A stretch of 64,000 nt of DNA, from the NCBI GenBank assembly GCA_963836185.1, contig CAWIIQ010000001.1, forward strand, positions 1,792,001 through 1,856,000, in the 5' to 3' direction. Positions 18,036-28,426 of this stretch are shown one piece after another. Position 1 is the stretch's first letter, and every line of letters begins with the position of its first letter. The notes under the pieces were generated by a model. It was not told the origin of the DNA. It was given only the letters and a program-made list of their open reading frames with translations, and did not search any database. This stretch comes from Candidatus Krumholzibacteriia bacterium (GTDB lineage Bacteria > Krumholzibacteriota > Krumholzibacteriia > Krumholzibacteriales > Krumholzibacteriaceae). The position numbers were made by a program, and so were the translations under genes.

Positions 18036-18070
18036 AGCGGCCGTTCTCCGCAAGGGGAGCGGCCGCTTTT
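18036..18070 (+). terminator. intrinsic terminator (GCAA loop)
   Basis: AGCGGCCGTTCTCC-gcaa-GGGGAGCGGCCGCT followed by TTT, between convergent genes. Confidence 0.8.
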
Positions 18071-18095
18071 AAAATTCAGGCTTGCGGAAACAATA

Positions 18096-19277
18096 TCAGA
18101 TAACAGGCTCAAGCAGTTCGTCGATACCGTCTATCACCATCTTCATATCGAGCACCAGCAGCCTTACGTCTTTCGGGAAAAGCGCAGCGACCTTTGCCAG
18201 GTCCTTTCCGGTAGTGATAAAAACCGTTCCCTTTCCACATTCTTCGACCATACCCGAGATATCCTCATCCGTATATTCGTGATGATCGTCGTACCTGAAG
18301 GAGACATACGGGTCGAGCCCGAAGTCGACAGCCGTCTTCTCGAATGACACGGCCCTGGCGATTCCGCTGAAAAGAGCGACTTTCGATCCCGCGATCTCAG
18401 CTGACTCCAGACGCTCCCCGTCTCGATCACGGAGCGAGCACGGTTCGTGGCGCGCGAAGAAGACGGGTTTACCGGCGACAAACCGGGCCGCTTCATCGGG
18501 AACCGAGCGACCGGTCGCCCTCGTGAAGATGACCGCTCCGGCCCGTGTCGCTGCCGATGCCGGCTCCCTGAGCGTTCCGTACGGCAAAAGCCAGCCGTTG
18601 CCGAATGGTCTTTCCGCATCGAGGAGAAGGATGTCGAGATCTTTCGGAAGCGCGGTCCTGTGAAACGCGTCATCGAGGATCACATGCGTAGCCCCTGCCG
18701 CTTCCTTTACGGCCCGTATCCCTCTCGCCCTGTCCCTGTCTACAGCGAGAGGCAGCGCGGCCCGGATATAGAGGACCGCCTCGTCTCCCAGTTCCACTGA
18801 AGCTTCGACTTCACTGCCCCCTGTCCATCTCGAATACCCGGCGGGAAAAGCTCCTTCTTTATCAGTGTTGCCGGACGATGAGATCGTATTTCCCGGCAGT
18901 TCAATATTACTGACGTCAGATGTATGGACATTTCCGGGTACAGCTATGCTGCCACCGCCGTTTCGTGTCGCGTTTCCGCCGTAGCCGCGAGTGACAACGG
19001 CCGGTATGTGTCCTCTCGCTCTGAGCGCCGAAGCTATAGAAAGGACGCAGGGAGTCTTCCCGCCTCCTCCGACCTCGATATTGCCGACAGATATTATCTT
19101 CGGTCCAGACGCGGAACCTCGTGCGGCCGGCGCCGGAACCATGCGCGCGTGCAGTCCGTAAAAAAGCGAAAGTGCAAACCTGACCGGGCCGAGCAGCGAC
19201 CACCCGCCGACGCCCATGAAGATCCGCATACGTTTCGAATATCGTTCAACTATCCTCATGCGGCCAGACATCCTCAC
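18096..19277 (-). CDS. lpxK: tetraacyldisaccharide 4'-kinase
   Basis: ISVGNIEVGGGGKTP, TRGYGG, GDE, ILDDAF, LLPYGTLRE, SGIAR, DHHEY; start could be ATG 19259. Confidence 0.9.
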   Translation of the reverse strand: MRMSGRMRIVERYSKRMRIFMGVGGWSLLGPVRFALSLFYGLHARMVPAPAARGSASGPKIISVGNIEVGGGGKTPCVLSIASALRARGHIPAVVTRGYGGNATRNGGGSIAVPGNVHTSDVSNIELPGNTISSSGNTDKEGAFPAGYSRWTGGSEVEASVELGDEAVLYIRAALPLAVDRDRARGIRAVKEAAGATHVILDDAFHRTALPKDLDILLLDAERPFGNGWLLPYGTLREPASAATRAGAVIFTRATGRSVPDEAARFVAGKPVFFARHEPCSLRDRDGERLESAEIAGSKVALFSGIARAVSFEKTAVDFGLDPYVSFRYDDHHEYTDEDISGMVEECGKGTVFITTGKDLAKVAALFPKDVRLLVLDMKMVIDGIDELLEPVI

Positions 19278-19929
19278 CTGTATATCCTATATCCCTGTCG
19301 AGGCGGGAAGTCAGATCTCCCAGTCGCCTCTCGAGCTCGATCCTCAACTCCTCCCTCTCTTCGGTACCGGCGCCGGCTGGAACGAGCAGAGGATCTCCAT
19401 ATTCCACGATCACCTTCGCGAATGGAGCGGGAATCTGGAACCTGTCCCACGAATCGAATATCTTCCTGCGCCTCGCGGTATTCGTGATCGGTACTATTGC
19501 GCATGAGGCGAGACGGCTCAGCTCGGTCGCTCCCTGCTGGATCCGGCCCCTCGGCCCCTTCGGACCATCTACCGTCAATCCTATATCGTTCCCGTCCGCG
19601 AGTATGCCTTTGAGCTCTCTCAGCGCCCTGGCTCCTCCCCTTGTCGTCGACCCCTTGAGATGGCCGAATCCGAGCCATTCGATCGTCTTACCCATCAGGT
19701 CACCGTCGTAGTGCTCAGATGCGAGAATATAGACATGGCTATTCCTGTGAGACCAGCTCAGAGCGAGCAATCTTCCATGCCAGAAAGTGAATATGACTCT
19801 GTCCGAGATCTTCCGGGCCGCAGCGAGGCGTTCCTTCCCCCTTATCTCGATACGCCAGGTGACTCCCAGTATCCGTATCATAAGAGACGCGAGGAAACTC
19901 GTAACTTTGGCGTTCGGCCTAATCTTCAT
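19246..19929 (-). CDS. DUF374 lysophospholipid acyltransferase family protein
   Basis: FWHGRLL, SEHYDG, GSTTRGG, TVDGPKGP, SWDRFQIPAPF. Confidence 0.9.
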   Translation of the reverse strand: MKIRPNAKVTSFLASLMIRILGVTWRIEIRGKERLAAARKISDRVIFTFWHGRLLALSWSHRNSHVYILASEHYDGDLMGKTIEWLGFGHLKGSTTRGGARALRELKGILADGNDIGLTVDGPKGPRGRIQQGATELSRLASCAIVPITNTARRRKIFDSWDRFQIPAPFAKVIVEYGDPLLVPAGAGTEEREELRIELERRLGDLTSRLDRDIGYTGEDVWPHEDS

Positions 19930-21044
19930 CGCTGTCCCGCCATAGTCAGGGCTCTCTTTGCCAGATTGTCCATCCCGCCATCCAGGCGGAGTGAATCTCT
20001 CAACCCGAGGAGACGGCTTGACACTTCCGTGTACAGGCCGGCATCGCCGAGAAGTCTGTCTGCCTCATGCGCTATACGCGAAGGGACCGCGTCTTTCTGT
20101 ATCAGCTCCGGAACTACCATTTCCCGCGCGAGCACATTCGGCATCGCGATCCATGGGATCTTCACCAGTGACCTCGCAAGCATATAGGTCAGTCCGGACG
20201 TCCTGTAGATCACGACCATGGGCGTTCCGGACATCGCTGTCTGAAGTGTGACAGTGCCAGAGGAAGCCAGGACCAGCTTTACCCCGGAGAGTTCCTCGAT
20301 ACCGCTCCTTGTCACCGTCACGTATTCCTTCATATCGCGGGGAACTGAGAGCAGATCCTCATGTATCAGCGGGGCCGCGCCGAGCCTGAAACGGCACATC
20401 GGCCATTTCTCCTTCAGTATACGAGCCGCGCCGATCATCGGTCCGAGGTGATTGAGCACCTCCTGTTTCCTGCTTCCGGGAAAAAGAAGTATATCGAACT
20501 TCTCGCCGGGGCCTGGCGCTGATTTAGCGACAGGCGGAGCGACGGTCTCATCAAGCATGGGATGGCCGGTGAACAGGACCGGGATACCCTTTTCCCTGTA
20601 GTATTCGACCTCGAAGGGAAGGATGACCGCCATCAGATCGACTATCTTCTTCATCTTCCTCGTTCTCCACCCCGCCCATGCCCAGACCTGAGGGCTTATA
20701 AAATAAAGGACGGGCACACCCCTGTCCCTGGCCTTTGCGGCGATCCTCATATTCATTCCGGGATAATCGACGGGTATATAGAGATCTATCTCTCCGCCGG
20801 AGAGGAGATCTCCGAGTCGTCTCTCGAGATCCCTTATCTTCGGCAGCCCCGAAACGATCTCGGAGAAGCCCATGAATGCATAGTCTTCCAGAGAGAACCT
20901 CACGTCGGCCCCCGCCGCGGCCATAGCTTCCCCGCCCATGGCGATGAATCTCGTTTCGGGTTCCCTCGCTTTTATCGCGGATATGAGAGCGGCGGCGTGA
21001 TGATCGCCGCTTGTCTCGCCGGAGGTTATCAGGATCGTCTTCAT
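19926..21044 (-). CDS. lpxB: lipid-A-disaccharide synthase
   Basis: GETSGD, VDYPGMN, SPQVWAW, ILPFE, PGSRKQE, SGTVTL, VPELIQ. Confidence 0.95.
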   Translation of the reverse strand: MKTILITSGETSGDHHAAALISAIKAREPETRFIAMGGEAMAAAGADVRFSLEDYAFMGFSEIVSGLPKIRDLERRLGDLLSGGEIDLYIPVDYPGMNMRIAAKARDRGVPVLYFISPQVWAWAGWRTRKMKKIVDLMAVILPFEVEYYREKGIPVLFTGHPMLDETVAPPVAKSAPGPGEKFDILLFPGSRKQEVLNHLGPMIGAARILKEKWPMCRFRLGAAPLIHEDLLSVPRDMKEYVTVTRSGIEELSGVKLVLASSGTVTLQTAMSGTPMVVIYRTSGLTYMLARSLVKIPWIAMPNVLAREMVVPELIQKDAVPSRIAHEADRLLGDAGLYTEVSSRLLGLRDSLRLDGGMDNLAKRALTMAGQR

Positions 21045-22018
21045 CCGCCGGGGCGGTCCTTCCTGAGCCGCTCGAGGATCATCTCCGCCGTTTCGAGGGC
21101 GTGCAGCCCCTGTACTCCGGAAACTACCGGTTCGTGCATCCCCTGCGCTGCCTCTATAAAGGAGTAGATCTCCTTCATAAGTGGTTCTCCATCGTCAACG
21201 GTGGTGCCGACAGGTCTAATGAAAGCCATCGGGTCGGATGCGAGTTGTTCGACGGGGACATCGGAAGCCTTGCCGTACGCTTCGATCGACCTCGCCCTGA
21301 GATCGGCCGATACGTACAGATTCTCCTCGAAGAAGCGCATCTTCCTGAGCGGCTCCCGTGAGACCCTGCTTGCAGTAAGGTTCGCTACGCACCCGCCCTC
21401 GAACTCGAGCCTCGCGTTCACGATGTCGGGAGAGCCCGTCAGAACGTGCGCACCGGAAGCACGCAGTTCCACGAGGCGCTTACCTTCGAGAAGGGACAGG
21501 ACAAGATCGATATCGTGAATCATAAGGTCGACGACCACGGATACATCAGTTCCTCTGGGCGTGAAAGTGCCGAGCCTGTGGCATTCTATGAACATCGGGT
21601 TCCTTACGAGGCCTGCGGCGGCTTCGAAAGCGCCGTTGAACCTCTCTATATGTCCGACCTGCAGCACGAGACCGGCCATCGCCGCCGCTTCCACCATCTC
21701 CCTGCCTTCAGCAGAACTCGCGGCGAGCGGCTTCTCGACCAGAACGTGGACACCTTCGGCGAACGCCTGAAGCGCAAGGGACTGATGCGCCGTAGCCGGC
21801 GTGCAGATGCTCACCACGTCGCATTCCGCGAGAAGCTCTGAGGGAGTCCCGCATACACGTGCGCCCCAAGCCTCCGCTATCTCCTGCGCCTTGGCGTGAT
21901 CTGAATCCTGAAGAATGACCTCATCGACTTTATCCGAAGAGGCATAGATCCTCGCATGGTGATTACCGAGACTTCCGGTGCCGATGACTCCGGCCTTAAA
22001 TCCCCGGGACCCGCCCAT
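21041..22018 (-). CDS. Gfo/Idh/MocA oxidoreductase, GnnA-like (UDP-GlcNAc 3-dehydrogenase)
   Basis: VEKPLA, QVGHIERFN, DVSVVVDLMIHDID, ANLTASRVS; located between lpxA and lpxB. Confidence 0.85.
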   Translation of the reverse strand: MGGSRGFKAGVIGTGSLGNHHARIYASSDKVDEVILQDSDHAKAQEIAEAWGARVCGTPSELLAECDVVSICTPATAHQSLALQAFAEGVHVLVEKPLAASSAEGREMVEAAAMAGLVLQVGHIERFNGAFEAAAGLVRNPMFIECHRLGTFTPRGTDVSVVVDLMIHDIDLVLSLLEGKRLVELRASGAHVLTGSPDIVNARLEFEGGCVANLTASRVSREPLRKMRFFEENLYVSADLRARSIEAYGKASDVPVEQLASDPMAFIRPVGTTVDDGEPLMKEIYSFIEAAQGMHEPVVSGVQGLHALETAEMILERLRKDRPGG

Positions 22019-22049
22019 AGTTTACCCCGCTTTGCGATGTAAGTGGTTA

Positions 22050-22826
22050 TCAGAGAGTTATTCCGCGCTGCGATCCACGTATGAAATCGAGGAGTATTTC
22101 TATCTCCTCGCTCGGCTCGATCTCTATCTCTATCCGCTCGATCGCCTGCGTTACATTCAGCCCGCTCCTGTAGATCAGCCTGTAGGCGGCCTTGATCCTT
22201 TCGAGCTGGGAATCCTCGAATCCCCTGCGCTTCAGTCCGACAGTGTTGAGCCCCGAGACCTTCACCGGGCTCCCGGCGACCTTGACGTACGGCAGCACGT
22301 CTTTGGCGACACGGCTCCCCCCTCCTACGAAGGAGTGCGCGCCGATCCTTACGAACTGGTGGACGGGAACCATACCACCAAGTATAGCGTGATCGTAAAT
22401 CGTCACGTGTCCGGCGAGGTTGACGGCATTGGCAAGTATAACGTTATCTCCGATCACACAGTCGTGAGCGACATGCGAGTACGCCATCAGCAGGCAGCCG
22501 TTTCCAATTATAGTCGCATCCCCCTCGTTGGTGGCAGCGTTGACCGTAGCGTATTCCCTGATCAGATTGTTATCGCCTATCTTCACCAGTGACCGGGCAC
22601 CGCGATACTTCAGGTCCTGCGGCGGAGTACCCAGTACTGCGCCGTGAAAAATCGTGTTGCCCGCTCCGATCGTAGTAGCGCCATCGATCAGGACATTACT
22701 CGCGATGGAAGTCCCGTCGCCTATCTTCACTTCAGGGCCGATGACAGAGTATGGTCCTATCGTGACATCCTCGCCCAGCTCAGCCCCGTCGTGTACTATC
22801 GCCGCTCCGTGTACCTCGATCGACAT
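22050..22826 (-). CDS. lpxA: UDP-N-acetylglucosamine acyltransferase
   Basis: Hexapeptide repeats, PQDLKY, IREYATV, HVAHDC, VHQFVRIG, GLNTVGLKRRGF. Confidence 0.96.
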   Translation of the reverse strand: MSIEVHGAAIVHDGAELGEDVTIGPYSVIGPEVKIGDGTSIASNVLIDGATTIGAGNTIFHGAVLGTPPQDLKYRGARSLVKIGDNNLIREYATVNAATNEGDATIIGNGCLLMAYSHVAHDCVIGDNVILANAVNLAGHVTIYDHAILGGMVPVHQFVRIGAHSFVGGGSRVAKDVLPYVKVAGSPVKVSGLNTVGLKRRGFEDSQLERIKAAYRLIYRSGLNVTQAIERIEIEIEPSEEIEILLDFIRGSQRGITL

Positions 22827-22836
22827 CGTTCCTCCG

Positions 22837-24153
22837 TTATCTCTTCACGATAGTGGACGAAAGATCAGCTTCCGCCACAACACTACCGTCAACGTATGCC
22901 TTGCCCCTCATCTTGCAGAACTTCTTCTTCAGAGAACGCATCTCGAGCTCGAACCTGAGCTGGTCACCAGGAATTACGGGCTTTCGGAATTTCGCCTTGT
23001 CTATAGTCATGAAGTAGACGAGGTAGTCCTCCGGGTTGTCCACGCTGGAGAGAAGCAGGATCCCTCCGACCTGAGCCATCGCCTCGATGATGAGAACCGC
23101 AGGCATGATCGGATGCCCGGGAAAGTGCCCGATGAAGAAAGGCTCGTTTATTGTCACATTCTTGATCCCCACGACCCTCTTGCTGTCCTCAAGCTCGATT
23201 ATCCTGTCTACAAGAAGGAAAGGATACCTGTGGGGCATTATATCCATGATCATATTGATGTCCCAGTGTCCGTCGCCGGGCCCCAGGGTCGATCTCTGCT
23301 TGTTCTTCAAGTCCTGCGCGAGGAGTTTCGCGAAGGGCAGGTTGTAATTGTGCCCGGACCTGATCGCTATGATATGACCTTCGACAGGTGCGCCGGTAAG
23401 TGTGAGATCGCCCACGATATCGAGTATCTTGTGCCTGACGAATTCGTCGGGGAAGCGGAGCGGGGCATCGTTCATTATACCGTTTTCATCGACCACGACG
23501 GCATTGTCGAGGCTGCCGCCCTTTATGAGTCCCTCCTTGCGGAGCATCTCCACATCCGACATGAGGGCGAATGTCCTCGAAGGGGCTATTTCAGAAGCGA
23601 ATGTATCGGGATCTATATCGAGGGAAAAGTACTGTGTGCCGATGAATTCGCTCTCATACTCGATCGTATAGCTCACCTTGAACCCGTCGTATGGGAGTGC
23701 CAGCAGTTCGACATCGTCCTTGTAGAATGAAACAGGCGTCGTGATCTTCAGGTATTTCGCGGGAACACCCTGGTTCTCGACGCCGGCGGCCTTGATCGAA
23801 TCGACCAGTTCCAGCACGCTGCCGTCAGCCGGCTCCGGCGGTTCATCAGCGTCGATGTCGATAACGAGGTTGTCCACCTGCATGCCGGATGCGGCCGCGA
23901 GGATATGCTCCACCGTGTGGATCTGGGCGCCGTGTCTCGTAAGTGTGGTGTTTCTCCTGACCTCTCCCGGATCGATAAATTCTGCTTTCGCGGGGATCTC
24001 GACGACAGGATCCAGATCGACACGGCGGAATATGATTCCGGTGCCGACAGGAGCAGGCTTGAATACGGTACGCACCCTGGCCCCCGTATGAATGCCTATA
24101 CCTTCAAATGTGAACTGATTCTTAATCGTCCTCTGCTGACGGACCACTTCCAT
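22837..24153 (-). CDS. lpxC: bifunctional LpxC deacetylase / FabZ dehydratase
   Basis: [31 protein letters not shown], then [32 protein letters not shown]; start ATG 24153. Confidence 0.96.
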   Translation of the reverse strand: MEVVRQQRTIKNQFTFEGIGIHTGARVRTVFKPAPVGTGIIFRRVDLDPVVEIPAKAEFIDPGEVRRNTTLTRHGAQIHTVEHILAAASGMQVDNLVIDIDADEPPEPADGSVLELVDSIKAAGVENQGVPAKYLKITTPVSFYKDDVELLALPYDGFKVSYTIEYESEFIGTQYFSLDIDPDTFASEIAPSRTFALMSDVEMLRKEGLIKGGSLDNAVVVDENGIMNDAPLRFPDEFVRHKILDIVGDLTLTGAPVEGHIIAIRSGHNYNLPFAKLLAQDLKNKQRSTLGPGDGHWDINMIMDIMPHRYPFLLVDRIIELEDSKRVVGIKNVTINEPFFIGHFPGHPIMPAVLIIEAMAQVGGILLLSSVDNPEDYLVYFMTIDKAKFRKPVIPGDQLRFELEMRSLKKKFCKMRGKAYVDGSVVAEADLSSTIVKR

Positions 24154-25183
24154 TTCCTTTCTCCAGAGCATCCACCCTGTTCTGCAGGTTGCGGAATTCC
24201 TTCAGGAGATCGGGCAGGCGTGCGGTAGCCGCGCAGATCTTGCGGGCGAACGAATGTTCCCGGGCTGGATATCCCGAAACGCTGGTCCCTGCTGGAATGC
24301 TCTTGGTAACGCCTCCCTGGGCGCCCACCATAGCTCCATCGCCTACCTTGATATGGCCGACGAGCCCCGCCTGTCCAGCCAGAACCACATTCTTTCCGAG
24401 CTCGGTGCTGCCGGAGATCCCTGCCTGGGCCGCTACCACCGAGTTTTCGCCGATCACGACGTTATGAGCTATCTGCACGAGGTTATCGAGTTTCGATCCG
24501 CGCCCAATAAGGGTGACTCCCGTAGTCGCCCTGTCGATCGTGGTATTTGCGCCGATCTCCACATCTTCCTCGATCCTGACGATCCCGATCTGCGGTATCT
24601 TGTGATGTTCATCCCCGTCCCTCGCGTATCCGAACCCGTCACTCCCGATAACCGCTCCAGAATGGATTATCACCCTGTTACCCACTTCGCACTTCTCCCT
24701 GACTGTCACGTGGGGATAGATAAGGCAATCGTTTCCTATCCTTGCTCCCTCATTGATACATGCGAGCGGAAGGATCGTCGTGCGGTCGCCGATGACGACG
24801 TTATCTTCCAGGACGACATACGCCCCGATCGAGATCTCATCGCCGAGTTTTACGCTTTCAGGGATAATAGCTGTAGGATGCACCTCCCGGCTGTATTTCT
24901 CCAGCGGAGTCTCTGAGAAGAGTCTTACCACCTTGAGAAAGGCCAGGTAGGGGTTGTCGATGCGTATCACGGCTCCGTCGAAGTTGCCGTTTCCGCCTGC
25001 CGCTATCACGGCGGAGGCGTTCGTCGACGCGAGGTACGCCTCGTACTTCGGGTTCGCGAGAAATGTGATCTCGCCGGGCACGGCTTCCTTGAGGCCCGCG
25101 ACACCACGGATCACTATCGATCCGTCGCCGACGACCTCGCCTCCGACTATCCCGGCGATCTCCTCTATACGGTAGGAAGGCAT
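24122..25183 (-). CDS. lpxD: UDP-3-O-acylglucosamine N-acyltransferase
   Basis: [45 protein letters not shown]. Confidence 0.96.
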   Translation of the reverse strand: MPSYRIEEIAGIVGGEVVGDGSIVIRGVAGLKEAVPGEITFLANPKYEAYLASTNASAVIAAGGNGNFDGAVIRIDNPYLAFLKVVRLFSETPLEKYSREVHPTAIIPESVKLGDEISIGAYVVLEDNVVIGDRTTILPLACINEGARIGNDCLIYPHVTVREKCEVGNRVIIHSGAVIGSDGFGYARDGDEHHKIPQIGIVRIEEDVEIGANTTIDRATTGVTLIGRGSKLDNLVQIAHNVVIGENSVVAAQAGISGSTELGKNVVLAGQAGLVGHIKVGDGAMVGAQGGVTKSIPAGTSVSGYPAREHSFARKICAATARLPDLLKEFRNLQNRVDALEKGNGSGPSAEDD

Positions 25184-25295
25184 CTCTGTACCGTTCCGTT
25201 ATTGCCTTTATTCCTGAATTTCGAGGAATATTATACCCCGATATCAGCAAAAGCAAACAATATTATGTTCCCCTGACAACATGTATCGCCGTAAC

Positions 25296-25832
25296 TTACT
25301 GTGTTGTCTCCATTTGCGTATCAAGCCTGGCTATGATCATATCGGTGATATCTATCTCTTTGTCAGCATAGACGATCACACCCTGGGAAGAGTCGAGGAC
25401 AAGGGTAAATCCCTCTTCTTCGGCTACCATTTCGATTACGCCATTGATCTTCTCTACTATCGGCTCGGTAAGTTCCTTGTTACGCCTGGCGGCCTCGCCG
25501 TTCTCCCCGAAGATGTCCTGCATGTACTTCTGGTATTCTTTCATCTTCTGGTCGAATACGAGCTTCTTTTCCTCGAGTTTCTCCGCACTGAGCATCAGGC
25601 TCTGGCTCTGGATATCTTCCCTCATACTGGCCAGTTCAGCCTCCATCTCTTCCGCCTGCTTCTTCCAGACGTCTACCTCTTTCTTGTAGACTTCCTCGGC
25701 CTCGATGGTCTCCTTGAAATTCGCGAAGATCTTGACAGTATCGATATAACCGATCTTTACCTCTGCCGAAGCGGGAACTGCCGCAGCCACAAGCATGCAG
25801 AGCGCCAGAACGATAACGGTTAATCTTGTCAT
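25296..25832 (-). CDS. skp: OmpH/Skp periplasmic chaperone
   Basis: Start ATG 25832 (SD GGAGG); signal peptide, KIGYID, coiled coil, YA..DIT. Confidence 0.9.
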   Translation of the reverse strand: MTRLTVIVLALCMLVAAAVPASAEVKIGYIDTVKIFANFKETIEAEEVYKKEVDVWKKQAEEMEAELASMREDIQSQSLMLSAEKLEEKKLVFDQKMKEYQKYMQDIFGENGEAARRNKELTEPIVEKINGVIEMVAEEEGFTLVLDSSQGVIVYADKEIDITDMIIARLDTQMETTQ

Positions 25833-25916
25833 ATCGCGCCTCCTTTTTCTCTGTTTTGGATTCCTGTTTTGGATTCCCTGAAAAATAAACAACTTCTCTC
25901 GATCCGTAAACCCTTT

Positions 25917-28166
25917 TTAGAAGAAAGTGCCGAAAGTGAAATGGGGCTCCCATGCCGGTCCGCCGTACTTGTCAAAGCCGTATCCATAATCGAAACCGAG
26001 GTTGCCCATGCCGGGCATCTCGATCCGGATCCCTACTCCCAGCCCGCGTCTCATGTTGTATATATTCGCCTCCGTCATCGAGTTCCACGCATTACCAATA
26101 TCGTAAAAAACGACGCCCCAGACCATCTGCGAGAAGGGGAAGACAAGTTCCTGCGTAATCTTGGTCATGAACGTGCCGCCGACGAACGGGTCATTCCCCT
26201 CAGGTACGATCTCGTAGAAATCGTATCCTCGCAGAGGGAACTTCCTGTTGCCGCCGAGCCTGTACTTTTCGTAATCCTCGACCTTTACCCCGCCGAATCC
26301 GTGTATACCGGCGACGTCAAGACCGAGATGGAATGTAAGCCTCCAGAACAGGAGCTTGAACCACGATATACCCGCGCTGTTCCTGATAAACTGCACGTTA
26401 CCGCCGAACGGCCCGCCGGCCAGTTCCGTGTTCCATGTAATGACAGTTCCACGTGTCGGGTGGAACGGGCTGTCGGTCGAATTTCTTACTATGCTCAGTG
26501 AAACCGTGCTCTTGTTCAGAGGCCAGCCTACCTGCCTCAGCGATCCATCATCAGGGTACGCAGTGTCGAAATCAGAGAGGTTGACCTTCTCGAACCTGTA
26601 CCCGAGGAAGAATCTCGTGTAATCGAGAAACGGAAGCTGGCGCCCGCCGCGGAGCGAGAAACCGGTCCTCGTATCCCTGTAGTACTGCTGGCTTACCCTG
26701 TCCTGCACCCAGTCGAAGACATTGACCGTAAAGGACCACTTCGTATCCATGAAATAGGGCGTGGTATACCGGAGGTTGAGGTTCTTGCGGTACTTTCCGA
26801 ATTCCCAGTCGAGTCCGATCGTCTTTCCACGGCCGAGGAAGTTGTTCTCCTGCATGCCGAGGAACCCGGTCAGCCTGTTGAGCTGCGAGAATCCGAATCC
26901 TGCCCTGAAACTGCCCGTCTGCTTCTCCTCGACATCGATCAGGAGATTGATATCGCCCTCATCTCCGACCGGTTCGGTGTCTATCTTCGGCGGTCCGGCG
27001 AAATATCCCATCTGGAATATATCGCGGACACTACGCTGCACATCCTGCAGAATGAACCTGTCACCGGGATAGACGTCGAGTTCGCGGCGGATCACATTCT
27101 CGAATGTCTTGGTGTTCCCCGAGATCTTGATCTCGTGGATGGATGCGGGCTGGTTCTCGATGATCTCTATGTCGAGATCTATCATCCTGCGCCGCTTCGT
27201 CTGGTTGGGGATGACGCGGCTCCATATATACCCGTTCTCCCAGTAGACCGAGTTGATCTGCATGTTGGTCATCTCCATGGCATGCATGGAAAACGGCTCG
27301 CCCTCGACGAGCATGACCAGATCCTCTATCCTCTCGTCTTCTACTTCCTCGTTTCCGCTCCATGAGATGTCTCCGACGTAGTATCGCAGCCCCTCGTTGA
27401 TCCTTATGTATACATCGACGTACCTGTCGTCCTCGACTCTCTCGAGATGATCGACCTTCACGGTGGCGTCGAGAAATCCGTCATCGCGGTACATGGTCAG
27501 CATCTTCGCAATATCCTCATCGAGCACCGCGGGCTTGTAGTCCCCGCCCCGGAACCAGGAGTCCGGCTTGCTCTCCATCAGGCCGAGGAGTTCCTTCGAA
27601 CTGAATACCCCGTTGCCCAGGATATCGATATGCCTGATCTTGACCTTGGCGCCCTCGTCGATGTTGTATGTCACGTAGATCTTGTGTTCTTCCTGCGACG
27701 GGGTCCTGACGACCTCTATCTTCGCCCCGTTGTATCCCTTTTCGGCGTAGAGATCCCTTATAGCCGTTATATCCCTCGTTATCATCGCCGGACGGGCAAA
27801 ATACCCCTCGCGAAGAGATATCTTATCCCTGATATCCTTTTCCTTGATCTTGCGGGCACCTTCTATCACGACCGTCTTGACCCGGGGATACTCCTCGACG
27901 ACGATCGTAACGACAGCCTTTCCGCCTTCCTCTGCGTAATAGGCCTGTACATCGGCGAAGTCTTTTGTCCTCACAAGCCTCTTTATTCCCTGAGAGACTT
28001 TCTCCGCGACGAATATATCTCCGGCCTTCACGCCGAGAATAGACTGCACCTTCGTCTCAGTAACGAATATATTGCCCTCTACAGCTACTCTGCCGACCTC
28101 TATAGAAAAGGCCTGCGAGGATGTCGCAAGGATGATAAGTAAAACTGTAATAAGCGTTTTCGTCAT
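25917..28166 (-). CDS. bamA: outer membrane protein assembly factor BamA
   Basis: POTRA repeats, GNTKTFENVIRRE, NFLGRG, LRGY, GVGIR, C-terminal F; start ATG 28166. Confidence 0.95.
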   Translation of the reverse strand: MTKTLITVLLIILATSSQAFSIEVGRVAVEGNIFVTETKVQSILGVKAGDIFVAEKVSQGIKRLVRTKDFADVQAYYAEEGGKAVVTIVVEEYPRVKTVVIEGARKIKEKDIRDKISLREGYFARPAMITRDITAIRDLYAEKGYNGAKIEVVRTPSQEEHKIYVTYNIDEGAKVKIRHIDILGNGVFSSKELLGLMESKPDSWFRGGDYKPAVLDEDIAKMLTMYRDDGFLDATVKVDHLERVEDDRYVDVYIRINEGLRYYVGDISWSGNEEVEDERIEDLVMLVEGEPFSMHAMEMTNMQINSVYWENGYIWSRVIPNQTKRRRMIDLDIEIIENQPASIHEIKISGNTKTFENVIRRELDVYPGDRFILQDVQRSVRDIFQMGYFAGPPKIDTEPVGDEGDINLLIDVEEKQTGSFRAGFGFSQLNRLTGFLGMQENNFLGRGKTIGLDWEFGKYRKNLNLRYTTPYFMDTKWSFTVNVFDWVQDRVSQQYYRDTRTGFSLRGGRQLPFLDYTRFFLGYRFEKVNLSDFDTAYPDDGSLRQVGWPLNKSTVSLSIVRNSTDSPFHPTRGTVITWNTELAGGPFGGNVQFIRNSAGISWFKLLFWRLTFHLGLDVAGIHGFGGVKVEDYEKYRLGGNRKFPLRGYDFYEIVPEGNDPFVGGTFMTKITQELVFPFSQMVWGVVFYDIGNAWNSMTEANIYNMRRGLGVGIRIEMPGMGNLGFDYGYGFDKYGGPAWEPHFTFGTFF

Positions 28167-28200
28167 ATCATATCCATTTGCTGGTCTCTGAACCCGGTGA

Positions 28201-28229
28201 ATGCTATCACAGCCCCTCGAAGCCTGCAA
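28201..28229 (-). promoter_or_regulatory. sigma70 promoter for bamA
   Basis: TTGCAG-N17-TAGCAT with TG extension. Confidence 0.5.
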
Positions 28230-28340
28230 AGATATAAAAGACCAGCCGGTAAGAAAGCGGTCCCATTCACCCGGCGATCCAGGGTCCGTATAAGATAAGA
28301 CACCCGGGCCACAGGGGAAAGCCCGTTTCTCCGGCTTTTT

Positions 28341-28371
28341 AAAGGGCCCCGGGAATCGTTCCCGGGGCTCT
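28341..28371 (-). terminator. terminator hairpin after clpC
   Basis: AGGGCCCCGGGAA-tcg-TTCCCGGGGCTCT stem with short U run. Confidence 0.6.
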
Positions 28372-28426
28372 CACTCTTTTACGTTTGAGGGATAACGCGG
28401 TTCCAGATTTTCTCTCGCGCGGGGGC

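Noticed and set aside
28230-28426. tRNA or ncRNA in the clpC-bamA spacer
   Set aside because: Only a terminator-like hairpin; no cloverleaf or TTCGA T-arm
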